From a virus: DNA of 43,489 bases. The DNA lies in the IMG/VR virus record IMGVR_UViG_3300045988_050672, positions 1 to 43,489 of that record, one strand, 5' to 3'. Of the stretch, positions 1 to 7,362 are shown in pieces (position 1 is the first letter of the stretch; every line of letters starts with the position of its first letter). The notes under the pieces were generated by a model. The model was not told the origin of the DNA and did no database searches. It saw only the letters and a list, made by a program, of their open reading frames with translations. Position numbers and translations under genes: made by a program.

Positions 1-77
1 ACGGCCAGCTCTGCGTAGGTGTGCGCGTCCTCCAGCTCATCCTCAATGTGCTCCATCAGCAGTTTGATTTCTTTCAT
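1..77. repeat. Terminal direct repeat identical to 43413..43489 (circular-assembly overlap or terminal redundancy)
   Basis: Base-for-base identity of the first and last 77 nt. Both copies carry the 5' end of the same minus-strand ORF (MKEIKLLMEHIEDELE...). Confidence 0.95.
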
Positions 78-424
78 CTGATGCCCTCCTGAATGTACGC
101 ATACAGCGTATCAATATCTTGCTTTCCCAGCTTGAGCGTAAGCCCGATTCCGGGGATTTTCACGGGAAGCGCCTCTGCCCCCATGTATGGCTTTGCGGCG
201 TTATACAGGGCGTCAACATCCACCGTGCCATGCTCCATATCGTAAACGCCCAGCGCCTTTACCATGGGATGATCTGCGTACTGGGCAATAATCTTCGGGA
301 AATTTGCGGTAAGCAGCCCCCCAGCCCCGGCCACCAGAACTCTGTCCCAGCCGGAAAGACTTGGAGCAATGCTTCTGTCAATGAATCTTGCAAGCCCTGC
401 CTGCACGTTTTCCATAGGAATCAT
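74..424 (-). CDS. Hypothetical protein, 116 aa, second gene of the cargo operon
   Basis: ATG at 424 preceded by AAGGAGG. The stop overlaps the start of the next ORF (43489/77) in the circular map. No family recognised. Confidence 0.6.
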   Translation of the reverse strand: MIPMENVQAGLARFIDRSIAPSLSGWDRVLVAGAGGLLTANFPKIIAQYADHPMVKALGVYDMEHGTVDVDALYNAAKPYMGAEALPVKIPGIGLTLKLGKQDIDTLYAYIQEGIR

Positions 425-477
425 AAATTACCTCCTTGAAAGTATGGGGCGGCGGCTGCCGCCCCAATTGTCGGGAA

Positions 478-1095
478 TCAACCGTTGCAGCACCCGCCGC
501 ACTTGGGCAGGGGGTTGTACAGCGTCTGTGCCGTGGTGCCGGTTCCGGTGGTCACGTCGGCAACCTGCTTCGGATAGAAGGTCGCGTTGGCGTAAGTCAC
601 GATGGAATTGTCAGCGCAGCAACGCCGCTCTGCCTCGATCTTGATGTCCTTGGACAGCTCAGCCCGAACGCATTCCACGTCCTGACGAACCAGCGCGAAG
701 CTGTCCTCAGTGCGCTGATTGTGTACGGCCTGATCGCACAGGGTCTTGCGAATGTCCTTGAGCTGTCCGTCAATGTAAGCGTACAGCTCAATGGATTTCT
801 GGTCGTTGTAGGCGTTTGCCTTCAACAGCGCGATTTCGGAATCCTTGGCGGCGAGCTGCTGCTCACGATCCAGTTCATACCGGCTCACGGGCATGTTCTC
901 GCTGCACCCGCCCCAGCCATAGCCATAGGGCATGGCGGGCATAACTGGAGCGGTGGGAACAGAATTGCGGTTGCCGAGAGCCAGAGCGCCCAGACCGCCC
1001 GCAGCATTCATCACGCCCAGCGCCAGACCGGCAATACCCGTGCCAAGACCGGCACCGGCTACGCCTTTGCTTGCATAATCCTTTTCTACTTCCAT
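478..1095 (-). CDS. Hypothetical membrane protein, 205 aa: Gly-rich hydrophobic N-terminus, coiled-coil middle, Cys-rich C-terminus (KCGGCCNG)
   Basis: ATG at 1095 with GAAGGAGGA upstream. N-terminal GVAGAGLGTGIAGLALGVMNAAGGLGALALG glycine-zipper-like segment, heptad-like central region, terminal CGGCC. Confidence 0.65.
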   Translation of the reverse strand: MEVEKDYASKGVAGAGLGTGIAGLALGVMNAAGGLGALALGNRNSVPTAPVMPAMPYGYGWGGCSENMPVSRYELDREQQLAAKDSEIALLKANAYNDQKSIELYAYIDGQLKDIRKTLCDQAVHNQRTEDSFALVRQDVECVRAELSKDIKIEAERRCCADNSIVTYANATFYPKQVADVTTGTGTTAQTLYNPLPKCGGCCNG

Positions 1096-1125
1096 AGTTT
1101 AGAAGTCCTCCTTCAAAATATTAGG

Positions 1126-1149
1126 AGGTGGCCACCTTCTGTCATTATA
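1126..1149 (-). promoter_or_regulatory. Candidate cargo-operon promoter -10 plus palindromic operator
   Basis: Minus-strand TATAAT at 1144..1149, directly after the terminator U-tract. Perfect 12-bp palindrome AGGTGGCCACCT at 1126..1137, between the -10 and the SD of the 205-aa gene. Confidence 0.4.
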
Positions 1150-1154
1150 ATAAC

Positions 1155-1196
1155 AAAAAACCAGGCGAACGAATCATCATCGTTTCGCCTGGTTTT
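1155..1196. terminator. Bidirectional intrinsic terminator
   Basis: Stem CCAGGCGAACG/CGTT(T)CGCCTGG flanked by A6 on one side and T4 on the other. Lies between the 78-aa HTH gene and the 205-aa gene. Confidence 0.7.
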
Positions 1197-1220
1197 CGTC
1201 AGAAAATCGTCAATTTGTGG

Positions 1221-1457
1221 TCAAATAACTAGGTCATCCGGGAGTGTGGCACTGTACCCCTTGACTGCATCATATTTCTGCTGCAATCTTCGGACAACCC
1301 TGGTTATCGTGGCTTGGGACACATGGAGATTTTGTGATTGCCATATCTGGCTTTTCCCGGCGGCACGGGTGGTTAGGACATCCATTTCCAGTGGCGTTAG
1401 ATACGCCAGCCTGTCAAATTCTTTCACAACCACCCGGTTTATCCGGGATTTATCCAT
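1221..1457 (-). CDS. Small DNA-binding protein, 78 aa, sigma-70 region-4 / LuxR-like HTH
   Basis: LTPLEMDVLTTRAAGKSQIWQSQNLHVSQATITRVVRRLQQKY resembles a region-4 type HTH. Sits directly after the holin. Confidence 0.55.
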   Translation of the reverse strand: MDKSRINRVVVKEFDRLAYLTPLEMDVLTTRAAGKSQIWQSQNLHVSQATITRVVRRLQQKYDAVKGYSATLPDDLVI

Positions 1458-1465
1458 TTATGGAA

Positions 1466-1723
1466 TCAGTCCTCCTTGGGGGAACTGTAAGTTCTTGCCT
1501 GTTTGCTGTCAGCGATACCGGCGGTGGTAGGATCATTGACCACACCCAGAATCACCAGCAGGGCAAACACGGCGTTCACCACGGCCAGAAGCTTATCGCC
1601 GATTTCGCCCAAGTCCAGCGTAAAGCCGAACAAGGCGGCCACCGTCTGCACCAGCAGAAGCAGCGCGGGAATTGCGGCCAGCCAGAAGTTCTTGTTTTTG
1701 ACACGTACAATCCAGTTAATCAT
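1466..1723 (-). CDS. Holin, phi LC3 family (Phage_holin_1), 85 aa
   Basis: MINWIVRVKNKNFWLAAIPALLLLVQ...GVVNDPTTAGIADSKQA matches the phiLC3 holin pattern. ATG at 1723 with AAGGAGGA 8 nt upstream; the longer tracked ORF start lacks an SD. Confidence 0.9.
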   Translation of the reverse strand: MINWIVRVKNKNFWLAAIPALLLLVQTVAALFGFTLDLGEIGDKLLAVVNAVFALLVILGVVNDPTTAGIADSKQARTYSSPKED

Positions 1724-1743
1724 TTTGTTTTCCTCCTTAAAAA

Positions 1744-2049
1744 TCAGCCCAGCCCAAGCCGGGCAAGAATAAACCCTACGACAGCGGCCACGACGATGTA
1801 GATGACCCTTTCCACCACAGATTTCCACCGCTTGCCGGGTTCGGATTTCAGCTCCTGCACGTCCGTGCAGAGGCCGTCAACCTTCTCCCCGGTAACTTCC
1901 ACCTTCTCCGCCATGACGGCAACAGACGTTGCCAGCGTGTTCACCGCTTCCGTGTGCCGTTCCAGCGCGTCCAGGCGGTGGGAGTTGGATTTGCTCCGCT
2001 GTTCTACCGCAGAAAGCCTCCCGGCGATTTCCGTTTCTTCCATTGGCAT
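1744..2049 (-). CDS. XhlA-like lysis accessory protein (coiled coil plus C-terminal TM), 101 aa
   Basis: N-terminal coiled coil and C-terminal hydrophobic helix VIYIVVAAVVGFILARLGL. Position between endolysin and holin, as in PBSX-type xhlA-xhlB-xlyA cassettes. Confidence 0.6.
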   Translation of the reverse strand: MPMEETEIAGRLSAVEQRSKSNSHRLDALERHTEAVNTLATSVAVMAEKVEVTGEKVDGLCTDVQELKSEPGKRWKSVVERVIYIVVAAVVGFILARLGLG

Positions 2050-2058
2050 ACTCCCTTC

Positions 2059-2673
2059 TCAGCCACTCCACCGGCTGTACTTCCCGTTGTCCTCGTGAAT
2101 CCCCCATCCGTACAGCCCCAGGCCGCCCCGCCCGGGGATTTTCTCGGCCTGTACCTCCTGCGCTATAGCATACAGTTTCTCCGGGGAGATAGCCCCTGAG
2201 AGGTCTACGGCCTGTCCCGTGGTGTGCAGGGAGTTGGATACTCCGCCCACCTCGGCGTTGTGCCGCTTGCACCGCACACCGGAATTCACATTCAGGGGAA
2301 CCCCCGCCCGGCGGCGTATCTCATCCGCCATGCGGACGGTTTCCTCCACCGGTTCTGCGGGGAAGCCGTTGCAGTATTTCCCGCCGCACTGGCACCGGAA
2401 CTCCTCCCGGGTGAAATACCGGATATCGTCCCAGAACGTCCCGGTTTTCGGCGCGTCGCTGTTCTCCGGCTTCTCCACCTTTACCGCCGTCCCGGCGATC
2501 GCGCCGATCAGCATTTTCTGGGTAGCCGCACCCGGAATCCCGTCCACGGCAAGCCCGTAGTCGGCCTGAAACGCCCGAATTGCCCCTTGGGTATTCCTGC
2601 CCTCGATGCCGTCAATCGTGCCGGGAGAATAGCCTAGATAAGTCAACAGGCATTGAATTTGCTTTACCGTCAT
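2059..2673 (-). CDS. Endolysin: PG_binding_1 domain plus peptidase M15A (zinc D-Ala-D-Ala carboxypeptidase-like), 204 aa
   Basis: N-terminal LGYSPGTIDGIEGRNTQGAIRAFQADYGLAVDGIPG repeat. C-terminal FTREEFRCQC...VNSGVRCKRHNAEVGGVSNSLHTTGQAVDL M15A motif. ATG at 2673 overlaps the upstream stop (ATGA). Confidence 0.85.
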   Translation of the reverse strand: MTVKQIQCLLTYLGYSPGTIDGIEGRNTQGAIRAFQADYGLAVDGIPGAATQKMLIGAIAGTAVKVEKPENSDAPKTGTFWDDIRYFTREEFRCQCGGKYCNGFPAEPVEETVRMADEIRRRAGVPLNVNSGVRCKRHNAEVGGVSNSLHTTGQAVDLSGAISPEKLYAIAQEVQAEKIPGRGGLGLYGWGIHEDNGKYSRWSG

Positions 2674-3119
2674 ACGTTCACCTCTTCCCAGCCCTTGGGG
2701 TATGCGGACGGCGACCATACATTATTGCCCATCGTTGAACGGTATACTTTACCGCCTTCCGTGCAGCATTCGCCCTTATTATAGGGGCTAGTAGATATAG
2801 CGACGAATGGCAACGCTTTTGCTGGGTCGGTGCTCCACGCAAACCCCCACTGCGCTGGAAGTTCCTCTGGCTCCTTAGTGTAGATAGTGCTGTCGTAGGG
2901 CTGCACAAGCCGCACCACACGGCCAGCAGATGATTGACACACAAACCCGGTCTTGCGCTCCAACATGTTTTTGTTTGCGACAGCGGCCTTGAAACCGGGA
3001 ATGTCGCTATCCGCCGCGTTCAGTTCGGTGCCTGTCATGTCCGGGGCTTTCTCCTGCAAGGCAAGCGCGTTCGCCCGTCCCTGAGCATACATGATGCTTT
3101 TTCTTTCCTCTTGTGTCAC
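2670..3119 (-). CDS. Tail-associated protein with CBM5/12-like C-terminus, 149 aa
   Basis: GTG start at 3119. C-terminal GGKVYRSTMGNNVWSPSAYPKGWEEV resembles the carbohydrate-binding module 5/12 aromatic pattern. Confidence 0.5.
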   Translation of the reverse strand: MTQEERKSIMYAQGRANALALQEKAPDMTGTELNAADSDIPGFKAAVANKNMLERKTGFVCQSSAGRVVRLVQPYDSTIYTKEPEELPAQWGFAWSTDPAKALPFVAISTSPYNKGECCTEGGKVYRSTMGNNVWSPSAYPKGWEEVNV

Positions 3120-3241
3120 AGACTGTCAACCCCCTTCTTGTAAGCTTCATCCAGCTCTTTCAGCTGTTCCTCGCCGCCGCTGGCTTTTATCTCCCTGATT
3201 TTCGCAAGGATAGCGTTTTTACGCTCTTCGATGGTCATCAT
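3116..3241 (-). CDS. Small coiled-coil ORF, 41 aa (below the ORF-track cutoff)
   Basis: MMTIEERKNAILAKIREIKASGGEEQLKELDEAYKKGVDSL. The start overlaps the upstream stop (ATGA) and the stop overlaps the downstream GTG (GTGA), i.e. translational coupling. Confidence 0.5.
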   Translation of the reverse strand: MMTIEERKNAILAKIREIKASGGEEQLKELDEAYKKGVDSL

Positions 3242-3564
3242 GCGTTATTCACCCCCAGAGCGGTTTCAATTTCAGTCAACGCAGATTCATATTCGGTATT
3301 TTGAGCAACAACCGTCTGATACTGCTCCCTCTCATACTCCCGCTGGGCGGCGTCAAGTTCATCCCAGGGTTTCCACGGGGCAATCATTTCGCCGGTGAAC
3401 ACCACGCCGTCAGCACGTGTCCACGTCTGACCTGCCGGGATGAAGCGGTAGCCCTCAATGTAGGCGTCGCATTTGCCATCGAAAGCGTCCGTTTCAACGG
3501 AAGTGTACCCTCTGCTGGGGGAAACGTGGCACTTAAACTCGGAATCAATGTAAATCGTTTTCAT
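3238..3564 (-). CDS. Hypothetical tail-fibre-region protein, 108 aa
   Basis: ATG at 3564 with AGGAGGG upstream. Sits between the fibre genes and the lysis cassette. No family recognised. Confidence 0.6.
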   Translation of the reverse strand: MKTIYIDSEFKCHVSPSRGYTSVETDAFDGKCDAYIEGYRFIPAGQTWTRADGVVFTGEMIAPWKPWDELDAAQREYEREQYQTVVAQNTEYESALTEIETALGVNNA

Positions 3565-3575
3565 GCGCCGCCCTC

Positions 3576-4457
3576 CTATTTCAGCAATTTGATTTCCGTC
3601 GCGGTGTATGTAATCGTCAAATACGCGGTATGCCTACCGCCAAAACCGATACTGTGAAGCCCGGACAGGGCAGATATGTCAACCGTTACCGTAGTAAGAT
3701 TGGTACCGATTGCTGCCGAAGCAACTACGGACGAACCACTGTACACCTCCAATTTTGTATTGGAGCCGCCCGACGCTTTGCACGTCGCTTGAAGCGTGCT
3801 ATACTCTGTCAGGTCAATTTGGCCTTTTGTACGTGCAGAAATGAGTCCGTTGTTGTTGTAGTTATTTACCGACTTAACCACCAATTCTGCTTCTGCGGCT
3901 ACAGTGCTGTTCCCAGGCATTTCCCACTCACCGGCTATAATGTCGCTCGGGGCATTTGGTTTGAACAGGAACAGCGCATAGCTCAGCTCCACAGAGGTGC
4001 TCTGACCATCCGTGGTGATAGTTACGGCCTTGCTGTCGGTCTCCGTCCCGCTTGTGGAGGTCACCGTCCACGTCCCGGCGTTCGGCACAATGCAAGCCCA
4101 TGTACCGCTAGTGTCTGGGGCGGATATAGTCGTTGTACCGTCAGAGCAAGTACAGGTCGAACCGGCGGGATAGGTGATGTTGATGGTGGCTGCGAAAAAT
4201 GCAATCACGGTGGAATAATCGGTTGTGACCACAACATTCTTTTGGGCGGTCTTGCCGTCACTGGTGATGGTAACTGTCCACGTCCCGCTTGCAAGCCCCT
4301 TGAAGACAACCACGCCGCTGGTGCCGGAGTTCTTGATCTTACTCTTGCCGTCTTTGGAAACAGTCACAGTGACGTTCGCCGGGGCTGTGACGGTAAGGGT
4401 GCCGCCGGAACCGCCACCGCTGGCTCCAAATCCATATAAAGGCACTGCAATGCTCAT
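3576..4457 (-). CDS. Distal tail fibre / receptor-binding candidate with repeated Thr/Ser-rich beta-sandwich modules, 293 aa
   Basis: Internal repeats GTWTVTITSDGKT and GTWTVTSTSGTETDSKAVTITTDGQST. ATGA overlap with the upstream fibre gene. Confidence 0.6.
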   Translation of the reverse strand: MSIAVPLYGFGASGGGSGGTLTVTAPANVTVTVSKDGKSKIKNSGTSGVVVFKGLASGTWTVTITSDGKTAQKNVVVTTDYSTVIAFFAATINITYPAGSTCTCSDGTTTISAPDTSGTWACIVPNAGTWTVTSTSGTETDSKAVTITTDGQSTSVELSYALFLFKPNAPSDIIAGEWEMPGNSTVAAEAELVVKSVNNYNNNGLISARTKGQIDLTEYSTLQATCKASGGSNTKLEVYSGSSVVASAAIGTNLTTVTVDISALSGLHSIGFGGRHTAYLTITYTATEIKLLK

Positions 4458-5683
4458 ACGTACACCTCCACCGTAATCGGAATATCCACCGTGGGCTTGT
4501 CCTCAAGGCAGGTAAACGTCAGCGTGCTGCCCGACCGGGAAGCGAAACTGACCATGCCGCACGCCTCTTTCAGCGCAAGATTGGTGGCCGTGTTGCTCCC
4601 GTATACTGGATAAGCCATCGCACGCTTTGTATCCGTCAGCCCGGAGACCGTAACAGACTGGGTATACGGGGCGCTGGCAGACCAACCGGCAGCAGTTAAC
4701 GTTGCGGTCTTTACAATCGTTTTGGCATTACTTAACGCCGTATCCACGTACCCCTTGGTTGCAGCATCAGCGCTGTCCGTGGGCGCACCTAATACTTTGA
4801 TTTGGTGGGAGTTCATGACAATATTTCCAGTCATTAAACCGCCAGCACTAGGCAACGCCCCAACATTTTCAGCTTCTAGCTCAACGTTGCCATTGGAGTT
4901 AGGTTCTTTGCCGCACACTTTGGATACAGCACCGGTGCCATCCAAGCCCATACGGGAGACGGAGTAGGCATAAATCGGGGTTCCGGAATTGAACGTCATT
5001 GCAACTCGCGTCCACAGGTAAGCGCCCTGTGCTACCGTGGGAATGCTGCCTTGCCAGTTTCCGGACGGTATAACATTCCCGGATGTGCTAGCTTGGTATG
5101 TTACGGACTGACTGGTCAACAGAGCCGGGTTCCCGATGTCACCCTTTTCGCCCTTGATCTCAAACCACTGATACTTCGTCCAGTCCGTTGGGGCAGTTGC
5201 GGAATTGCCGCTGTATACGCCCATCCAGTTGTCAGGGAGAACACCGAAGCTATGAGAAGCTGCCGTGGGCTTCTGCGCCGCGTACCGAATCCAGACGTAT
5301 GCGTTGTCGCCTTTGTCACCTTTCGCGCCGTTCGTGATGGTAAACGTGCTAGTGGTATTATCGTTATAGGTAATACGGTACGTGTCTACCAGCCCGCTGG
5401 CGGAGACTTTGGCAATGGTTGAAATGCTCCGACCGTTTTTTACGGTGAAGTCAAAGGTAGTGGTGTCCGCCATGGTGATACGGTATGTATCCGTAAGGCC
5501 GCTGGTGGAATGCTTCACGATGCTGCTGATACCGCCATGGCCGTCAGCGGCTGCGGTCAGCCAGTTCAGCAGAATTTGTCCCGTCAGCTTCTTTGCCGCG
5601 CTGTCCTGTTCCAGGACGAAAAGGTCAGAAGCTTTTATCTGTTCCGCTGCAATCAGCTCGGATATTGCTTTATCTGCGATAAG
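4454..5683 (-). CDS. Tail fibre protein with short collagen-like GxxGxx stretches; start codon unresolved
   Basis: The tracked ORF starts at GTG 5518, but the frame stays open 55 more codons (LIADKAISELIAAEQIKASDLFVLEQDSAAKKLTGQILLNWL...) up to a TGA at 5684..5686, with no ATG/GTG/TTG. GAGGAGGA lies 7 nt upstream of an in-frame ATC (5680..5678). Confidence 0.6.
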   Translation of the reverse strand, partial: LIADKAISELIAAEQIKASDLFVLEQDSAAKKLTGQILLNWLTAAADGHGGISSIVKHSTSGLTDTYRITMADTTTFDFTVKNGRSISTIAKVSASGLVDTYRITYNDNTTSTFTITNGAKGDKGDNAYVWIRYAAQKPTAASHSFGVLPDNWMGVYSGNSATAPTDWTKYQWFEIKGEKGDIGNPALLTSQSVTYQASTSGNVIPSGNWQGSIPTVAQGAYLWTRVAMTFNSGTPIYAYSVSRMGLDGTGAVSKVCGKEPNSNGNVELEAENVGALPSAGGLMTGNIVMNSHQIKVLGAPTDSADAATKGYVDTALSNAKTIVKTATLTAAGWSASAPYTQSVTVSGLTDTKRAMAYPVYGSNTATNLALKEACGMVSFASRSGSTLTFTCLEDKPTVDIPITVEVYV

Positions 5684-5857
5684 TCATTCCTCCTCAACAT
5701 CGGTACTCTTTTGGGAACCAGTAGGAGCAGACAGCGCCTGCACCACTTCTTCAATGGCCTGTATACTGCCCAGCATCCTGTCCCAGTTCTCCCGTCCTGC
5801 GACCTGAACGCCCTCAAGGGTATTCAGGACTGCCCTAAGTTTCATTACAGGGTTCAT
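5684..5857 (-). CDS. Small ORF, 57 aa, in the same frame as the tail fibre and separated from it only by TGA
   Basis: MNPVMKLRAVLNTLEGVQVAGRENWDRMLGSIQAIEEVVQALSAPTGSQKSTDVEEE. ATG at 5857 with AAGGAG upstream. Confidence 0.5.
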   Translation of the reverse strand: MNPVMKLRAVLNTLEGVQVAGRENWDRMLGSIQAIEEVVQALSAPTGSQKSTDVEEE

Positions 5858-5861
5858 ATTC

Positions 5862-6107
5862 TTACTCCTTCCCTAGTACAACACGAGTAGCCGCAGAGCT
5901 AGGTACAATAGCTATTAGTTTTGTGTATTGCGCGGCATATTGATTTCCGTACCACATTTGTATCGTCTCCGCAGGATCTCCAAATACAGTAGCAATCGTT
6001 GCTAAAGACTCTCCAGTAATGCGTATATTGATTTGCCCGATTTGTGGAAAGGGATTAAAATAATCACAGTCAAATTCCCTTCCTGTTGCTGTTTTCAGTT
6101 TTTCCAT
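5862..6107 (-). CDS. Hypothetical tail-region protein, 81 aa
   Basis: ATG at 6107. Tightly packed between tail-tip genes. No family recognised. Confidence 0.55.
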   Translation of the reverse strand: MEKLKTATGREFDCDYFNPFPQIGQINIRITGESLATIATVFGDPAETIQMWYGNQYAAQYTKLIAIVPSSAATRVVLGKE

Positions 6108-6120
6108 TACAATGCCCCCA

Positions 6121-7362
6121 CTACTCCGATACTCTCGCTAATACAATTTGTGTTAGCCCATTTCCGTCTGTAATCGAACGCCACTGCACCTGATAATCCC
6201 CAAAGTAGAAAGTACTAGCGTACAATATGGTTGCATCAACGTATGTCGCGGTATTCCAGCCATTGAATACGCCATTTGCAAAATCAGCGAATCCGAGAGA
6301 CTCGTTAATACCTTCACTGGTGTACGTAGTAGATACCGTATTATCTACCAGTCGGCTGCCGTAGATACTACCGGTGGAAATGCCTCCGCCGTTGAAATAG
6401 CCATCGTCTCCACCGTAGTCAATCATACCGGCTCTGACGCTTCCCCGGAAATAGCCATTCTCAGCGTACAGATTCCCGGTCGGCGTAATCTGCACACCGT
6501 TAGCCTCAGAGCCGCACTGAATGCCGTTAACACCAATGTAAATACCCCGGCTGTTGGTGCCGTTCCAGACCTGATTGTTATAGCTGAGGTAGTCGGATTG
6601 GATATCAAGACCGCCGATTTTGCCGCTTAAGGCGATGAACTTTCCACGGACTTCTGCGCCGGATTTGGTGATTCGGAACACCGTGGTATTGTTGGCCTTG
6701 ACCGTCCAGGAATCATTAAGCAGCTCCCAACCGAAGGACGAACTACTGCCGCCGGTTTTGGTCACCCGCGCGGAAATCTGGTCGCTCTGAATGTCCAGCC
6801 GTGATGTGAGTTCGTTCCCTTGTTCGATACGGGCAGAGACCTCGGCGGAAATCTGGTCGGCCTGAATTTTCAGTTGCGCCCGGGTTTCTATAAACTGACG
6901 TTCTACCTTACGTGTTTCGTGGGATTTATAGGGAACGGATTCGTCAATTTCCTCAGATCCGGGGGCGGAAACATCCGCGCGTATCATTTTCCCGTAGGAC
7001 TTTGACACGCTGTAAATGCCGCCATAGGTTCCATCAACCTGAACCGCGTCTCCAATCTCCGCCGCCGGGTCTAAGATTGCGCCTGTAGCCGTATACGTCT
7101 GGTAGGAATAGCCGTTGATTCTGGTCAACATATCGTTTGCCATTTTCTGAGTTCCGAAAGGGTTTTCGGAGATCAGTTCCTTGCCGCTGTCTGTACCCGC
7201 CGTATACTCCACGCCGTCAGCAACCTTCAACGTGACTCGGCTGTACGCGCTGAGTGGGTCTGATATTTTCAGGCTGTCGGCGGCAGACCCGATGATGAAC
7301 TTATCAAACAAGGATTCTGGCACCTCCAAACGTGATCGCTCTGTTATCGCTTCCGCCAACAA
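6121..7362 (-). CDS. Tail tip / minor structural protein with central coiled coil, about 396-413 aa (start uncertain)
   Basis: Coiled-coil segment KVERQFIETRAQLKIQADQISAEVSARIEQGNELTSRLDIQSDQISARV and a Gly/Tyr-rich C-terminal domain. TTG at 7362, or TTG at 7311 with GGAGGTG upstream. Confidence 0.65.
   Translation of the reverse strand: MLAEAITERSRLEVPESLFDKFIIGSAADSLKISDPLSAYSRVTLKVADGVEYTAGTDSGKELISENPFGTQKMANDMLTRINGYSYQTYTATGAILDPAAEIGDAVQVDGTYGGIYSVSKSYGKMIRADVSAPGSEEIDESVPYKSHETRKVERQFIETRAQLKIQADQISAEVSARIEQGNELTSRLDIQSDQISARVTKTGGSSSSFGWELLNDSWTVKANNTTVFRITKSGAEVRGKFIALSGKIGGLDIQSDYLSYNNQVWNGTNSRGIYIGVNGIQCGSEANGVQITPTGNLYAENGYFRGSVRAGMIDYGGDDGYFNGGGISTGSIYGSRLVDNTVSTTYTSEGINESLGFADFANGVFNGWNTATYVDATILYASTFYFGDYQVQWRSITDGNGLTQIVLARVSE

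Noticed and set aside
5684-5686. Genome-wide TGA reassignment, or suppression by the tRNA-like element (its loop contains UCA), as the explanation for the in-frame TGA before the tail fibre.
   Set aside because: TGA is used as a normal stop at many coupled junctions (ATGA, GTGA) and other genes are intact under the standard code. The tRNA-like element has no canonical anticodon arm.
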